Shown: positions 12,525 through 23,485 of the stretch, piece after piece
Position numbering within the stretch: position 1 is the first letter of the stretch
Layout of the letters: every line of letters begins with the position of its first letter
Origin: Leidyana gryllorum EB-2025a
Taxonomy: Eukaryota > Protista > Apicomplexa
Assembly (NCBI GenBank): GCA_048772705.1
Contig: JBLWGC010000160.1
Coordinates: 42,692-106,691, forward strand
Direction: 5' to 3'
DNA: 64,000 nt
Translations under genes and position numbers: made by a program
The notes under the pieces: model-generated
The model's input: the letters and a program-made list of their open reading frames with translations, nothing else
The model's database searches: none
Told to the model about the DNA's origin: nothing

Positions 12525-14761
12525 ATGGTGTCGTTACTGCACGTCACTGAGCTGAGGTACCTGACGAGTTTGATCTTGCGATTCTACACGATGACATTCG
12601 GAGTGAGTACAAGTTGGCTATGGATGGGTTTATCGACGTGTCTTAGGTGCAATTCCAGTCGTTGCGTGGTGATCTGTCATCACTACCGTCGCTTCCTGCC
12701 GACTTGAGGGGGCCGCTCTTGAGAGGGAGTGTGCCCGCTCAGTTCCAGTGGGCGCGACGGGTTCTGGCGGACCAGTGGGGAGTGCCAACCACATTCTTTC
12801 ACAAGGGAGAAATGCCGTTGGACTTGTTGGTCAGTTGGGACGTGGAGGAGGTGGATCAGAATCTGCACCGTCGACTCCACCGACCATCGAAAGTTCACCC
12901 CCCGCCTTCCCCGCATGGCATCATCCACACGGCGCCTACGGTGCAGGATGGAGGTGACAACGTGGACGGAGGGCACTTGACGGCGCCTCTCCTGCGGACT
13001 CGACCACCGCTACTCGAGTCTCTGGAAGCGGTGGGTGCTTTCACGGGACCAAAGCTGCGGAAGAAGCGCACACTTGATCAATCCGACCCGGAGACGGCTG
13101 TGGCCAAACGGCGACGACACTCACTGCTCGGAAACGACAGAGACATGAACTTTTTGGCCGATATGGCTTCACTATCACTGTCACCACTTGCGGAAGGCGT
13201 CCACGGCATCATCCCCTGTGAATCGATGAGGAGCGACTCGCAAAAAAGTTGGTCGGCGATTGATCTCAGTCCCGATCAACATGTCTACTATTCCCCACAG
13301 ACTCAAACTGCCCAATATTTGAGATCTCAGATGAAGCTATCGCCACTCCCACTGCTCTTCATACCTTCGACCGGTCACCCGCATAACGCCACCATGGAAC
13401 CTTCGAATGATCAGATCGATGTAGATCTCGTTTACAGTACGCTTGGCTTAAACGTTTCAAATGATTCTTCCGATGCTAAAGATGTGTTCGCTGTCAGACA
13501 GACCACACTGCGGAAGCTTTGGTATCTGGTCGACTTGATGACCTTTAGGCTGACCAATCCCACCACTTCCGTCAGGGCTATCGGAGCCGATACGTGGCAA
13601 CGTTCAGTCAACCACCAATGGCGTCACACAGACCGATACCAGCGCTATCCAGAGTCCATATTGCAGGACGCAAAACTCAGAGAAACACACCTTCCAGACT
13701 CAATGCTATTGCCAATCACCCCTGAAATGGACAGTGGTGGCCTCAAATTCTCATCAGCACAAGACTTGTTCAGACAAAGAAAGTTTGCCCACAGCAACCG
13801 ACTCTGCGCCCCTTTCAACAGAACCGACAATGTCCGACGCGATCCATTCACCTACTTTTATCTCCCAGCGCTCTGCCCCATAGGCAAACTGTGCCCCAAC
13901 ATATGCTGTCCCTACAGCCACTCGCACCTCGAGCTACGACTTCATCCCATATGCTACCGGACAAAACCGTGTCAAAGACCACACCACTGCCACACGGACC
14001 ACTGCAATTACACCCACAACGAGCATCAAGTCGTCCAGGCGAAGACACTGTGGATACTTTGGGAAGAGCACTGGTGCGGATGGCGTCTGGCGTTACCCGC
14101 GATCGAATTCTATGTCGGTCTCATCACCGGGGTTCAGGCGGGTGAGTCTTTTACCATTTCTTCTGCTCCCATTCGCTCTGCAGAGGTCAGAAGGGTCCGT
14201 AGAGAACTGCATCGCGCCCGAGACATTCGTCTCGACCAAATGACTCTGGAGGAGGTGGACGAGCTAAAGTCCCTCGAAGACGAGTCCGGTTGGCTCAACA
14301 ACTTTGACATCAAACTCTCAGCTCAACCGCTCAATCCCCTCTTTGGACTCGTTTTCCGCACCAAAGCCGTTGGTATCTTTTGGGATTTGCAAAGGCGACG
14401 CAGACAGAGTCCCCAAGTCATAAGTCTCATTGCTGACAAACTCCACCACATCTCCCGAGAATGGCTCGACTGCTTCAACCTCTCCAATTCCAGGCACTCA
14501 GGACCACTCCAACAGGATTTCTGCCTCTCGGACATCTCTCTGCCACCCGACTCGGACCCACACCGCATCGACCTCACCGGGCCACTTTTCCACGCGGCTG
14601 AGCCTCGGTGCGAGCGAACTTTCACGGCCACGAGCGATGGAGACGGAGCGGCAGAAATCACACCGGCAACAAAGAGATCCTGGGCAGACATTGTCAGATG
14701 TGGAAGCAGTCAGACCACTATGGCGTCGTTCTCGGAGAATTTGGAGGCCACTTCTAATTAG
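12525..14761 (+). CDS. Tandem CCCH zinc-finger protein, array paralogue 3
   Basis: Motif RRDPFTYFYLPALCPIGKLCPNICCPYSHSHLELRLHPICYRTKPC...CNYTH. A 42-nt stop-free phase-1 intron lies at 14142-14183. A probable upstream exon is spliced via gtgagt...cttag ending at 12646; the start is uncertain. Confidence 0.8.
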
Positions 14762-14926
14762 CGGTATCCGTATAAGCCACGATAATACAACAATCGATCA
14801 AACATTCGAAAGTGCCCAATAACTTTTCGCCAAGTTTCAGTCCCGATAACTCAATTCGCATCCCATTATTGTTGTACACATTGTAAAATTTCATATCCTT
14901 CTGGACTCAGTGATCTGCCCATCGAA

Positions 14927-14952
14927 CGATCGATCGATCGATCGATCGATCG
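14927..14952. repeat. (CGAT)6 self-complementary microsatellite
   Basis: Directly visible, ending 12 bp upstream of the Hsp70-like ATG at 14965. Confidence 0.9.
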
Positions 14953-14964
14953 GTGTCCGGCGAG

Positions 14965-17028
14965 ATGCCCCCAAGAATTTCAGTCGGAATCGACTTTGGA
15001 GTCGTCGATTCAATCGCAGCTGTGATCCATCTCGATGAATTAACGGAAGTAATCACAATTGATGGAAAGAACCGAATACCGAACATTGTATATCTCGGCC
15101 CAGATCCCCGAATTCAGCCACCCATTGTGGGACTTCCCGCACAACGCTTCCGGTATACGGATCCATTCTTCACAGTGTATAACATACTGCCGCTTTTGGG
15201 TCGTCAAATAACTCACCCAACGGTTCAACGACTGAAAGCCAAACTCAGTTATCGGCTGTCGAAAGGGAGCGGTGCCAAAGTTCTGGTGGGACATTGTCGC
15301 GACCATCCCGAAGTCATCGTAGCGATGATTCTACGGAAAATCCGGCTGACTGCGGGGACACAACTGGAAGGTGAAGTGGAGACTGCAACAATCGCCGTCC
15401 CGTCCGACTTTGACGGCACGCAGCGTCGCGCAATGGAGTCTGCTGGATATATTGCCGGATTCAAGAACGTCGACGTAATCGACAGGCGATCTGCGCTTTC
15501 TCATTGGATTGAGAAAAAGATCCAATGGCCTCAGAAACTGTTGTTATACGATTTCGGCTATAATGTGGAGGCGTCTCTGATCGACGTGTCCAGGGTGCCG
15601 ACCTCAGCAAGCTTATGGCCTGTGAGAGCTTCGTATTGCGCAACAATCGATTCCGAAGAAGTGGGGGGAGGAAAGAGCGAAGAGACACTGTTTGATCATT
15701 GTGTCCGAGAATTCGACCGTTTGTACGGATCCGAGTGGAAGGCCTCTCAACGTTGGGCGTCGAGTTTGCGGTCAGCGTGCGAAGATGCAATTCGAAAGCT
15801 GACAGTGGAGGATAAAACGACGATCACTGTAAAAGTCGACAGTAAAGCGTACGAAGTGATTGTTACGCGGAGAGCGTTGGAATCATTGAATGAGAGTCAT
15901 TTCGAAAAGTGTCGATCGATTATTCGCGACCTTTTGACACAATCTCAATTGTCAGTGACGGATGTCACAAACTTCGCCATATCGAGTCGGGCTTCTGTTC
16001 TGCCAACTTTGAGAACTCATCTCGTCACTGAGCTGAAGGAGGTGACGAATGAGGGGGCGGAGTTTTGGATCGCTTTCGGAGCGGCTCTCCGGCGTTGTCG
16101 CTTCGACTACCGGGAAAGACTCCGACTTCCCATTATTGTCGCTTCTGGAAACACACTGACACAGATGGTATCTGTTAACGAGATCCTACCCACAACACTA
16201 CTGGCTAGAACTCCCTCTCCCTCGAATGACGGAGTGCCCACTGCCCTAAATCTGTATGAGGGGTATTTCACAAATGTCGGACGCAACAAATACCTCTGCA
16301 GCCTCAGTCCGGGGGACAGGATATATTTGAGGGCTGACGGTGTAGTCGAAGTGAATAAAAAATATCGGGCAGTACTGAGTGGATTTGAGTCGCAAATGTC
16401 TCTGACGGCCGTATCGGTGTTTAAGAAACGGTTGGAAAGACCGTTTACGACTTCGGACAGAAAGTGCGCCGCAGTGAAACATATTACTTTTGCGTTTGCG
16501 GGTGTCATTGACACTGTTCTGAGCGCAAATCAATCGAAGTTCGGTACTGAGGTCGCGGGTCGGGAGATTGCCGACGTCCGCACTCTACTCGAAGAATTAT
16601 CCTCTCTCGGAGACGATTCGGACTTCGAGAGTTATTTCGAATTGTTGGACATCGTGTGTGGCCCTTTGCTGTCCTTTCTGGGCCAATCGATGGTTAGAGA
16701 ACACTTTAGAGCTCTTATGGGTCCGAAGGCGCTGAGTGTCGAAGAGAAAAGGGAAATCTGCGAGCGTTGGGATTATTGGCGAACGGCTTACGACTCCTGG
16801 GCTGCTATCAAATGGCACGAAATCTGCGGAGAAAGCCACAGAGGGAACGGCGAGAGCGATTTGTGGCATTGGAGCAGAGACCGCAGTATTGCAGAAGAGA
16901 TCGAAGAGGGATCGACGGATTTCGTCTCCTATTCTCGGGAGGACAGAATGGCACAAGTTGGGGAGGAATCACAATTTTATGTGCAGTCGGTGACCGATGT
17001 GACCACCGGTGTCGGCTGCGCTGAGTAA
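14965..17028 (+). CDS. Highly divergent Hsp70-like protein (degenerate ATPase motifs), intronless
   Basis: SVGIDFG, GKNRIPNIVY, ATIAVPSDFDGTQRRAMESAGYIAGF, LLYDFG and LRSACEDAIRKLT align in order with the Hsp70 nucleotide-binding domain. The substrate-binding region is short (LNLYEG) and there is no EEVD. Confidence 0.8.
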   Translation: MPPRISVGIDFGVVDSIAAVIHLDELTEVITIDGKNRIPNIVYLGPDPRIQPPIVGLPAQRFRYTDPFFTVYNILPLLGRQITHPTVQRLKAKLSYRLSKGSGAKVLVGHCRDHPEVIVAMILRKIRLTAGTQLEGEVETATIAVPSDFDGTQRRAMESAGYIAGFKNVDVIDRRSALSHWIEKKIQWPQKLLLYDFGYNVEASLIDVSRVPTSASLWPVRASYCATIDSEEVGGGKSEETLFDHCVREFDRLYGSEWKASQRWASSLRSACEDAIRKLTVEDKTTITVKVDSKAYEVIVTRRALESLNESHFEKCRSIIRDLLTQSQLSVTDVTNFAISSRASVLPTLRTHLVTELKEVTNEGAEFWIAFGAALRRCRFDYRERLRLPIIVASGNTLTQMVSVNEILPTTLLARTPSPSNDGVPTALNLYEGYFTNVGRNKYLCSLSPGDRIYLRADGVVEVNKKYRAVLSGFESQMSLTAVSVFKKRLERPFTTSDRKCAAVKHITFAFAGVIDTVLSANQSKFGTEVAGREIADVRTLLEELSSLGDDSDFESYFELLDIVCGPLLSFLGQSMVREHFRALMGPKALSVEEKREICERWDYWRTAYDSWAAIKWHEICGESHRGNGESDLWHWSRDRSIAEEIEEGSTDFVSYSREDRMAQVGEESQFYVQSVTDVTTGVGCAE

Positions 17029-17196
17029 CGGTGATCGACCGGAGGATCAAAATGGAAAATGTGTGACCCATGCGATTGTTGGACACTGTCGCGCACTTTT
17101 GTCTACTCACCGATTGCATGTACGAGTTGAACTCGAAGACTTACGGAGTGGTTAAATGTGTCACGCAAAAGAATCTGACCAAACATTTCAACAAGA

Positions 17197-20100
17197 ATGA
17201 AGTCTGGTACCAAAGCTCGAGTCCCGAACGTCCATCCGGGCGAGGATACCGCCCCACCACCTCAAGTTGACTGGGCAACAACGGCTCTGCAAGAAGATCA
17301 GTTGTTCTACTTTTGTCCTCAACTTCAGATCGAGCAGTATGAGAGCGCTGCTAATAATCAGCCCTCCCGACCCCTGATGTTGTTGGCCTCCTCCTCCGGT
17401 CGTGCAGAAGAGAACACGACGACCCCACAAGTCGAGGCCGCTGAAGAAGCAGCCGTTCAGACGGTTCTGCGTATAGACGATTCAGTCAAAGATATATATG
17501 TCATCAAGAAGTGCCGTCTGCGAGACTATTGGAATCAATTGGACTATCTGTGCCGAAAACTGACTGCTCACGAGGTGACTCTGCCCAGTATCGCCAATGA
17601 CGGCTGGCAGCGAGACGTCAACCCGCAGTGGCGTCAAGGCGCAAACTTCCAATCGTATCCAGCTCACCTCGTCAAGAAATGGCGAGACAACGGCAGGACT
17701 CTCCCAGCTGCCAACACCTTCCCCATAACCCCCTATCTGAGGAGCGGCCAGTTTGCCTTCTCGACGGCCTACGCTTACATCCAACACGGTCAGTGGGACC
17801 AGGCCAACCTGACATGTGCGCCGTTCCAAGTCAAACCGCTGCTCAGGCGAGACCCGTTCACCTACTTTTACCTCCCGACTATCTGTCCAAAGAGCACCCA
17901 GTGTCCCAACCTATGCTGCCCCTTCGGTCATTCACCCCTCGAGATATCTCTCCATCCCATCACATGGAAATGGAAGTCCTGCTGGTATGGAACTGGATGC
18001 CGCCGCCGAGCCAACTGCATCTTCGCCCACGGCCAGAAAGAGTCGGAGAATAGCAGAAACGCCTGGCTGCTCTGGGAGAGACACTGGGCCGGCTGGAGAC
18101 TGGCCCTCACAGCCATCAAAGTCTACGCTGCTCGTATATCTGCTGCCGATACCCCCGGTAAGTGAACTTACACAACGAAACTTACCTCCAACTCGTGTAA
18201 TCATTCTCAGAACTCACTGAACTGCTCTACGGCATCGAATGCTCACGTGACCGACGCATCAATGGGGCCACCATCGATGATCTCGAAACCCTCAAAGAGT
18301 ACGAAGATGCACCCCACTGGTTCACTGACTTCGACATGAAACTATCGGCCCAACCACTCAACCCTCTCTTTGGCATCGTCTACACAGCTCGAATCGCGGC
18401 ACCCCACTGGGATCTCCTCAACCGTCGCAATGCCCCCCACGTCGTTCGCCATCACTTCTTCCACATTGTCAATATCTGCAATGAAATGTGGGAGGATTGC
18501 TACAATCTTTGCGCCGCCCGCACATCACATCCCCTCGGATGTGCCCAAATGGGGGACGCCGTCGCTGAAAAAGGCAAAATCGAACAGTCTCCCATCTACA
18601 GAGTCGGCAGCAGCGCCTCAACCAGTGCAGGACGACCCAGCATCAGCAACACGGACTATTCTCGCCGAAGCACATACACTAACACCACTCCATCCAACCG
18701 CCCGTCGAGAAGCAGCTACAATGCTGGCTATCAAAACACAAACAACTTGGCCCCCGCCAACAATCATTCAAACCCTAACCCCAGGCGACTTTCAGCCGAT
18801 GCGGCTGAATTTCACCCACCACCGCCCAATCCCTTCAAAATCCAAAGCCGCAACGTTCCTCACGACCAACCTAATCAACCCAAATCAGGAACGCACCAAC
18901 CCGCCCACTCCAGAGTTCAACCAGATGTGGAGTACTTCCAAACCGACCCAACGCCAAAATCAAAGAAAGGGAAGTCCAAGCCTGGAAAGGGCAATCAAAC
19001 TGCTGCAACCTCTCACCAAATCCCAGCCAAGCCTCAGAATCAAAAGCAAGCCCAACAACCCCCAAATCCGAAATCAGGAAAGCAGAATCAGGAACGAAGC
19101 GAGAACAAGAATAATGTAGTTTTACCTCCAGCGTCGCACCCACCAGCCGAGGGCACCAAAAAGGGCAAAGGCAGCGGGAAGAAGCGACCTCAACCCAATG
19201 ACAGAGTATCAGACGCATTGCCTCCCCTCAACGCAGTTTCGTCCCTCGGTAGAGCCCTCCAGCCCGATCCAGCAAAACTGGAAGAGACTCCACCGAAAGG
19301 AGGGCAACTTCAACAGCCGGTTTACAAGAAGCGTCGAAAGGACCAGACCGTGGAAAAAGCAGCAGCCCCACAACCAGCTCCCCCTGAGTCCGAGGGACTG
19401 CCCCCACTGCACGCCGTCTCATCGCTCGGCAGAGCCCTCCAGCCCGAACCACCGAAGCAGCAGGAGTCGCCAGTCAAGGCAGCACCAGCTGGTGAAGCGG
19501 CTTCCAAGAAGCGGAGTAAGGATAAGGGGGCGAAGAAAGACGCCGCTGCCCCACCAACTCCCAATGACTCCGAGGGACTGCCCCCACTGCACGCCGCCTC
19601 ATCACTCGGCAGAGCCCTCCAGCCCGAACCACCGAAGCCGCAGGAGTCGCCAGTCAAGGCAGCACCAGCTGCTGAAGTAGCCGACAAGAAGCGCGAGAAG
19701 CGGAATAAGGATAAGGGGGCGAAGAAAGACGCCGCTGCCCCACCAACTCCCCCTGAGTCCGAGGGACTGCCCCCACTGCACGCCGTCTCATCGCTCGGCA
19801 GAGCCCTCCAGCCCGAACCACCGAAGCAGCAGGAGTCGCCAGTCAAGGCAGCACCAGCTGGTGAAGTAGCCGACAAGAAGCGCGAGAAGCGGAATAAGGA
19901 TAAGGGGGCGAAGAAAGACGCCGCTGCCCCACCAACTCCCAATGACTCCGAGGGACTGCCCCCACTGCACGCCGCCTCATCACTCGGCAGAGCCCTCCAG
20001 CCCGAACCACCGAAGCCGCAGGAGTCGCCAGTCAAGGCAGCACCAGCTGGTGAAGTAGCCGACAAGAAGCGCGAGAAGCGGAATAAGGATAAGGGGGCGA

Positions 20101-21521
20101 AGAAAGACGCCGCTGCCCCACCAACTCCCCCTGAGTCCGAGGGACTGCCCCCACTGCACGCCGCCTCATCGCTCGGCAGAGCCCTCCAGCCCGAACCACC
20201 GAAGCCGCAGGAGTCGCCTGTCAAGGCAGCACCAGCTGGTGAAGCGGCTTCCAAGAAGCGCGAGAAGCGGAATAAGGATAAGGGGGCGAAGAAAGACGCC
20301 GCTGGTCCACCAGCTCCCCCTGAGTCCGAGGCACTGCCCCCACTGCACGCCGCCTCATCGCTCGGCAGAGCCCTCCAGCCAGAACCACCGAAGCCGCAGG
20401 AGTCGCCTGTCAAGGCAGCACCAGCTGGTGAAGCGGCTTCCAAGAAGCGCGAGAAGCGGAATAAGGATAAGGGGGCGAAGAAAGACGCCGCTGGTCCACC
20501 AGCTCCCCCTGAGTCCGAGGCACTGCCCCCACTGCACGCCGCCTCATCGCTCGGCAGAGCCCTCCAGCCCGAACCACCGAAGCCGCAGGAGTCGCCAGTC
20601 AAGGCAGCACCAGCTGGTGAAGCGGCTTCCAAGAAGCGCGAGAAGCGGAATAAGGATAAGGGGGTGAAGAAAGACGCCGCTGGTCCACCAGCTCCTCCTG
20701 AGTCCGAGGCACTGCCCCCACTGCACGCCGCCTCATCGCTCGGCAGAGCCCTCCAGCCCGAACCACCGAAGCCGCAGGAGTCGCCAGCCAAGGCAGCACC
20801 AGCTGATGATGCGGCTTCCAAGAAGCGTAAGAAGCGGAATAAGGATAAGGGGGCGAAGGAAGGCGCCGCTGGTCCACCAGCTCCCAATGACTCCGAGGGA
20901 CTGCCCCCACTGCACGCCGCCTCATCACTCGGCAGAGCCCTCCAGCCCGAACCACCGAAGCAGCAGGAGTCGCCAGTCAAGGCAGCACCAGCTGGTGAAG
21001 CGGCTTCCAAGAAGCGGAGTAAGGATAAGGGGGCGAAGAAAGACGCCGCTGCCCCACCAACTCCCACTGAGTCCGATGGACTGCCACCACTCCAAACTGT
21101 CTCATCACTGGGCAGATCATTGCAACCCGCACCGGCGAAGTCCCAGAAGAAGACGCAAGGCGGTAAGAGCATCTCAACTGACCTCCAATCCACCTTACCA
21201 ACCTCAGGGTCTGAAATGCGCCATTCAGATGCCCCTGATGAGGCACAAGAGCAGAAAGCTGGGGAACAGAACAAAACTGGAGACAGGCCAGGTCTGCGGG
21301 AGGAACACGCACCTCAGCGAAGCGATTCGGAAAGCTTGCCACCACTGAAGGCCGTGTCGTCCCTGATCAAATCCCTCCAAGCCGATGCTGTGAAAACGCT
21401 TCACAAGGCCACAGCTGGTAAGAGCCTGATTGACACTTTTGCCTCACTTGCTGGTCATTCAGCCTTGGACATTGGACATTCTGAGCCCAATCAGAAAAAA
21501 GATCAACCACAACAGCAGTAG
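17197..21521 (+). CDS. Tandem CCCH zinc-finger protein, array paralogue 4, with PAM2 motif and long repeat tail
   Basis: Motif RRDPFTYFYLPTICPKSTQCPNLCCPFGHSPLEISLHP...C...C...CIFAH. A 53-nt phase-1 intron at 18158-18210 joins the 18336..21521 frame (LSAQPLNPLFG). Confidence 0.85.
19380..21130 (+). repeat. Coding tandem array of 180/189-bp units (about 9 near-identical copies plus degenerate flanks)
   Basis: The unit encodes ESEGLPPLHAASSLGRALQPEPPKPQESPVKAAPAGEAASKKREKRNKDKGAKKDAAGPPAP. Shadow ORFs recur at 189-bp spacing (20166, 20355, 20544, 20733). Confidence 0.95.
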
Positions 21522-22323
21522 GATACCGATGAGTCGAAGGGTCGTAGGCAGTCTGCCGACAGTGTTCCTTCCAAGCGGAAGAAGGAGACCAGAGCTACAG
21601 CGAGCCCCTCCAGTAAAGACTCAAATGTGGTCAAGAAAAGCTCGGTTTGAGGCTCAGCAAGCTTAGTCGTGCTCGAGGGTCAGGATGGACCCATGGTTTT
21701 GCCTGCTGATACAAAACAAGTAGCAGTAATCTTCCACCTGATCCAGTGCAATCTCAGAATGGGGTGTACAAGAGGCTTGGACCGATGGGTCGAGCAGCTG
21801 ACAGATCAACTCAGTGAAAGTGCAGATCTTCGTAAAAAGTACTTTCATAAGTCAAGCGGGCGGTTTCCTCCTTTGTCCTCCTTCCATCATCTACACAGAT
21901 AGGATCACGTCTCCATCGCACTCGTGTGTCCAACAAACACGCAAACAGGGGGGGCGATTGGAGTCCTCGGAGTGGGATGAGAGGACCCTTCATGAAGCAA
22001 CTTCCAAGCATTCCTGGCAAATGGAGTGAGAAGTGACGGACCGGTCCGTCTGTGAAACTGGGGCAGCCATGGAGGACAAGAGGCAGTACGCTGCTAGAAT
22101 CATGACTTTAGATAGTTTCCCCGCTCTTAGACCAGGACATAGTCCGTCGAATGACCACCACATTCGTCCCCCAAGGCGCGTAGCATTCGACAGTGAGCGT
22201 ATGGAGACAACTGCTTCCCTGTACACATAGAAGTAATGAGCACCACCTTCACGTTCAAGTCTGAAGTATCCATGAAAAGACCTGTTACTCAGATTCGACC
22301 GGGCCCAGGGTATCCCGTAGTCA

Positions 22324-23485
22324 ATGTTCGGGATTTTGGCTGCAATTACAGGGGTTGGACCCCATCATGTTGCTGAGTGCGGGGTCGAATGTATAGTGCG
22401 TGTGTGTTTGGCGATCTTCCATTATCTGGAATTATTGGGGCATATTGATGCATGGCAGCAATGGGTGAGTAGGAAGATGGTCAGCTCAAGCTTGAGTGGG
22501 ATCCGAGAGGCGGAAATAGCCGCAGCGCAATTATTTGCGCATGAGATCCCCGCGACCGGATCACTGAATGACGTCCTTGCCGTCAGTGAATATTTCGAGC
22601 GTTTCACCCCCGAGCAACAGAGATTGGCATTTATGGTGTCCGAGCTATGGGCTCAAGACTGGCCCGACGAAGTGTACCGGCGGGAAAGAGTTGTTCGTAT
22701 TCATAGTGTGGATAGAACGGAGGTGAGCAGCACCACTTGTAGTTTGTGAATAGGGCGGGTTTCAGATGTTGTGTGGCGGCAGCTCAATGTGTATGCGGCC
22801 CCTTGGGTACACTCACCCTTGTGGGTGCCATGGGGGATCTTTGTGGAGAGTTCGCGATATGGCTGAAAACTTCGAGCCATCGGGTCTGCCAGATGCTCAT
22901 CAAGCAAACCCTATGAACAAAATGCTCATCCAGTACATGGGCGAGTTATATCCCTGTGGACGCACTGAGATTGCCTCGTGCTGCCCCGAGCACCATGTTG
23001 GTGGCTACATAGCAGTTGGAGATTTTGTGGAGAGGAAGTGGAGGTATCTGCCTGCTTTGTCAAGTCCCGTGAAGAAGTACTCTGTGGATCTGGTGGGTCG
23101 GTCCCCCCACCTGCCGTGGACTCAGAGCTCATCAATTCTTCACGGAACCTACAAAGGGCCTTCGACTATAGAGATATGTCACCAATTGTCGGGGGCACTT
23201 CTGACCCACAAGAACGGATTGCTGCGTTGGAAATGGATCCCGCCATCCAAAGCAGCCATTGACCAAAAGACATTATCAGTGGTGACGTTCCATGTTGAGA
23301 CCGTGGCCTGGACGACAAAAGCGAGCATGAGATGGCACAAAGTGTGTGAGCGTGGAGGATTGGATTCGATCTTTTCTGCTTATGCACGTTCGACCTTGAA
23401 ATGCCGTCGTCTGCGCACAGAGAACGCCAGCTCAGGGTTGCAGGCGATTCCGGAGGAGAAGCATACAGCACTAGTTTGCGCTTGA
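22324..23485 (+). CDS. Hypothetical protein (at least two exons; may extend further 5')
   Basis: ORF 22324..22749 has a gtgagc donor, and an acceptor ttcag at 22765 is in frame with ORF 22766..23485. No recognisable domain. Confidence 0.45.

Noticed and set aside
19380-21130. Possible CRISPR-like array
   Set aside because: Units are contiguous coding repeats with no unique spacers; the context is eukaryotic and there are no cas genes.
19322-21274. 650-aa minus-strand ORF
   Set aside because: Antisense shadow of the 189-bp coding repeat: the unit has no stop in that frame, so the whole array reads through.
21650-23485. Decayed transposon next to the CCCH array
   Set aside because: No transposase, reverse transcriptase or integrase motifs, terminal repeats or target-site duplication recognised.
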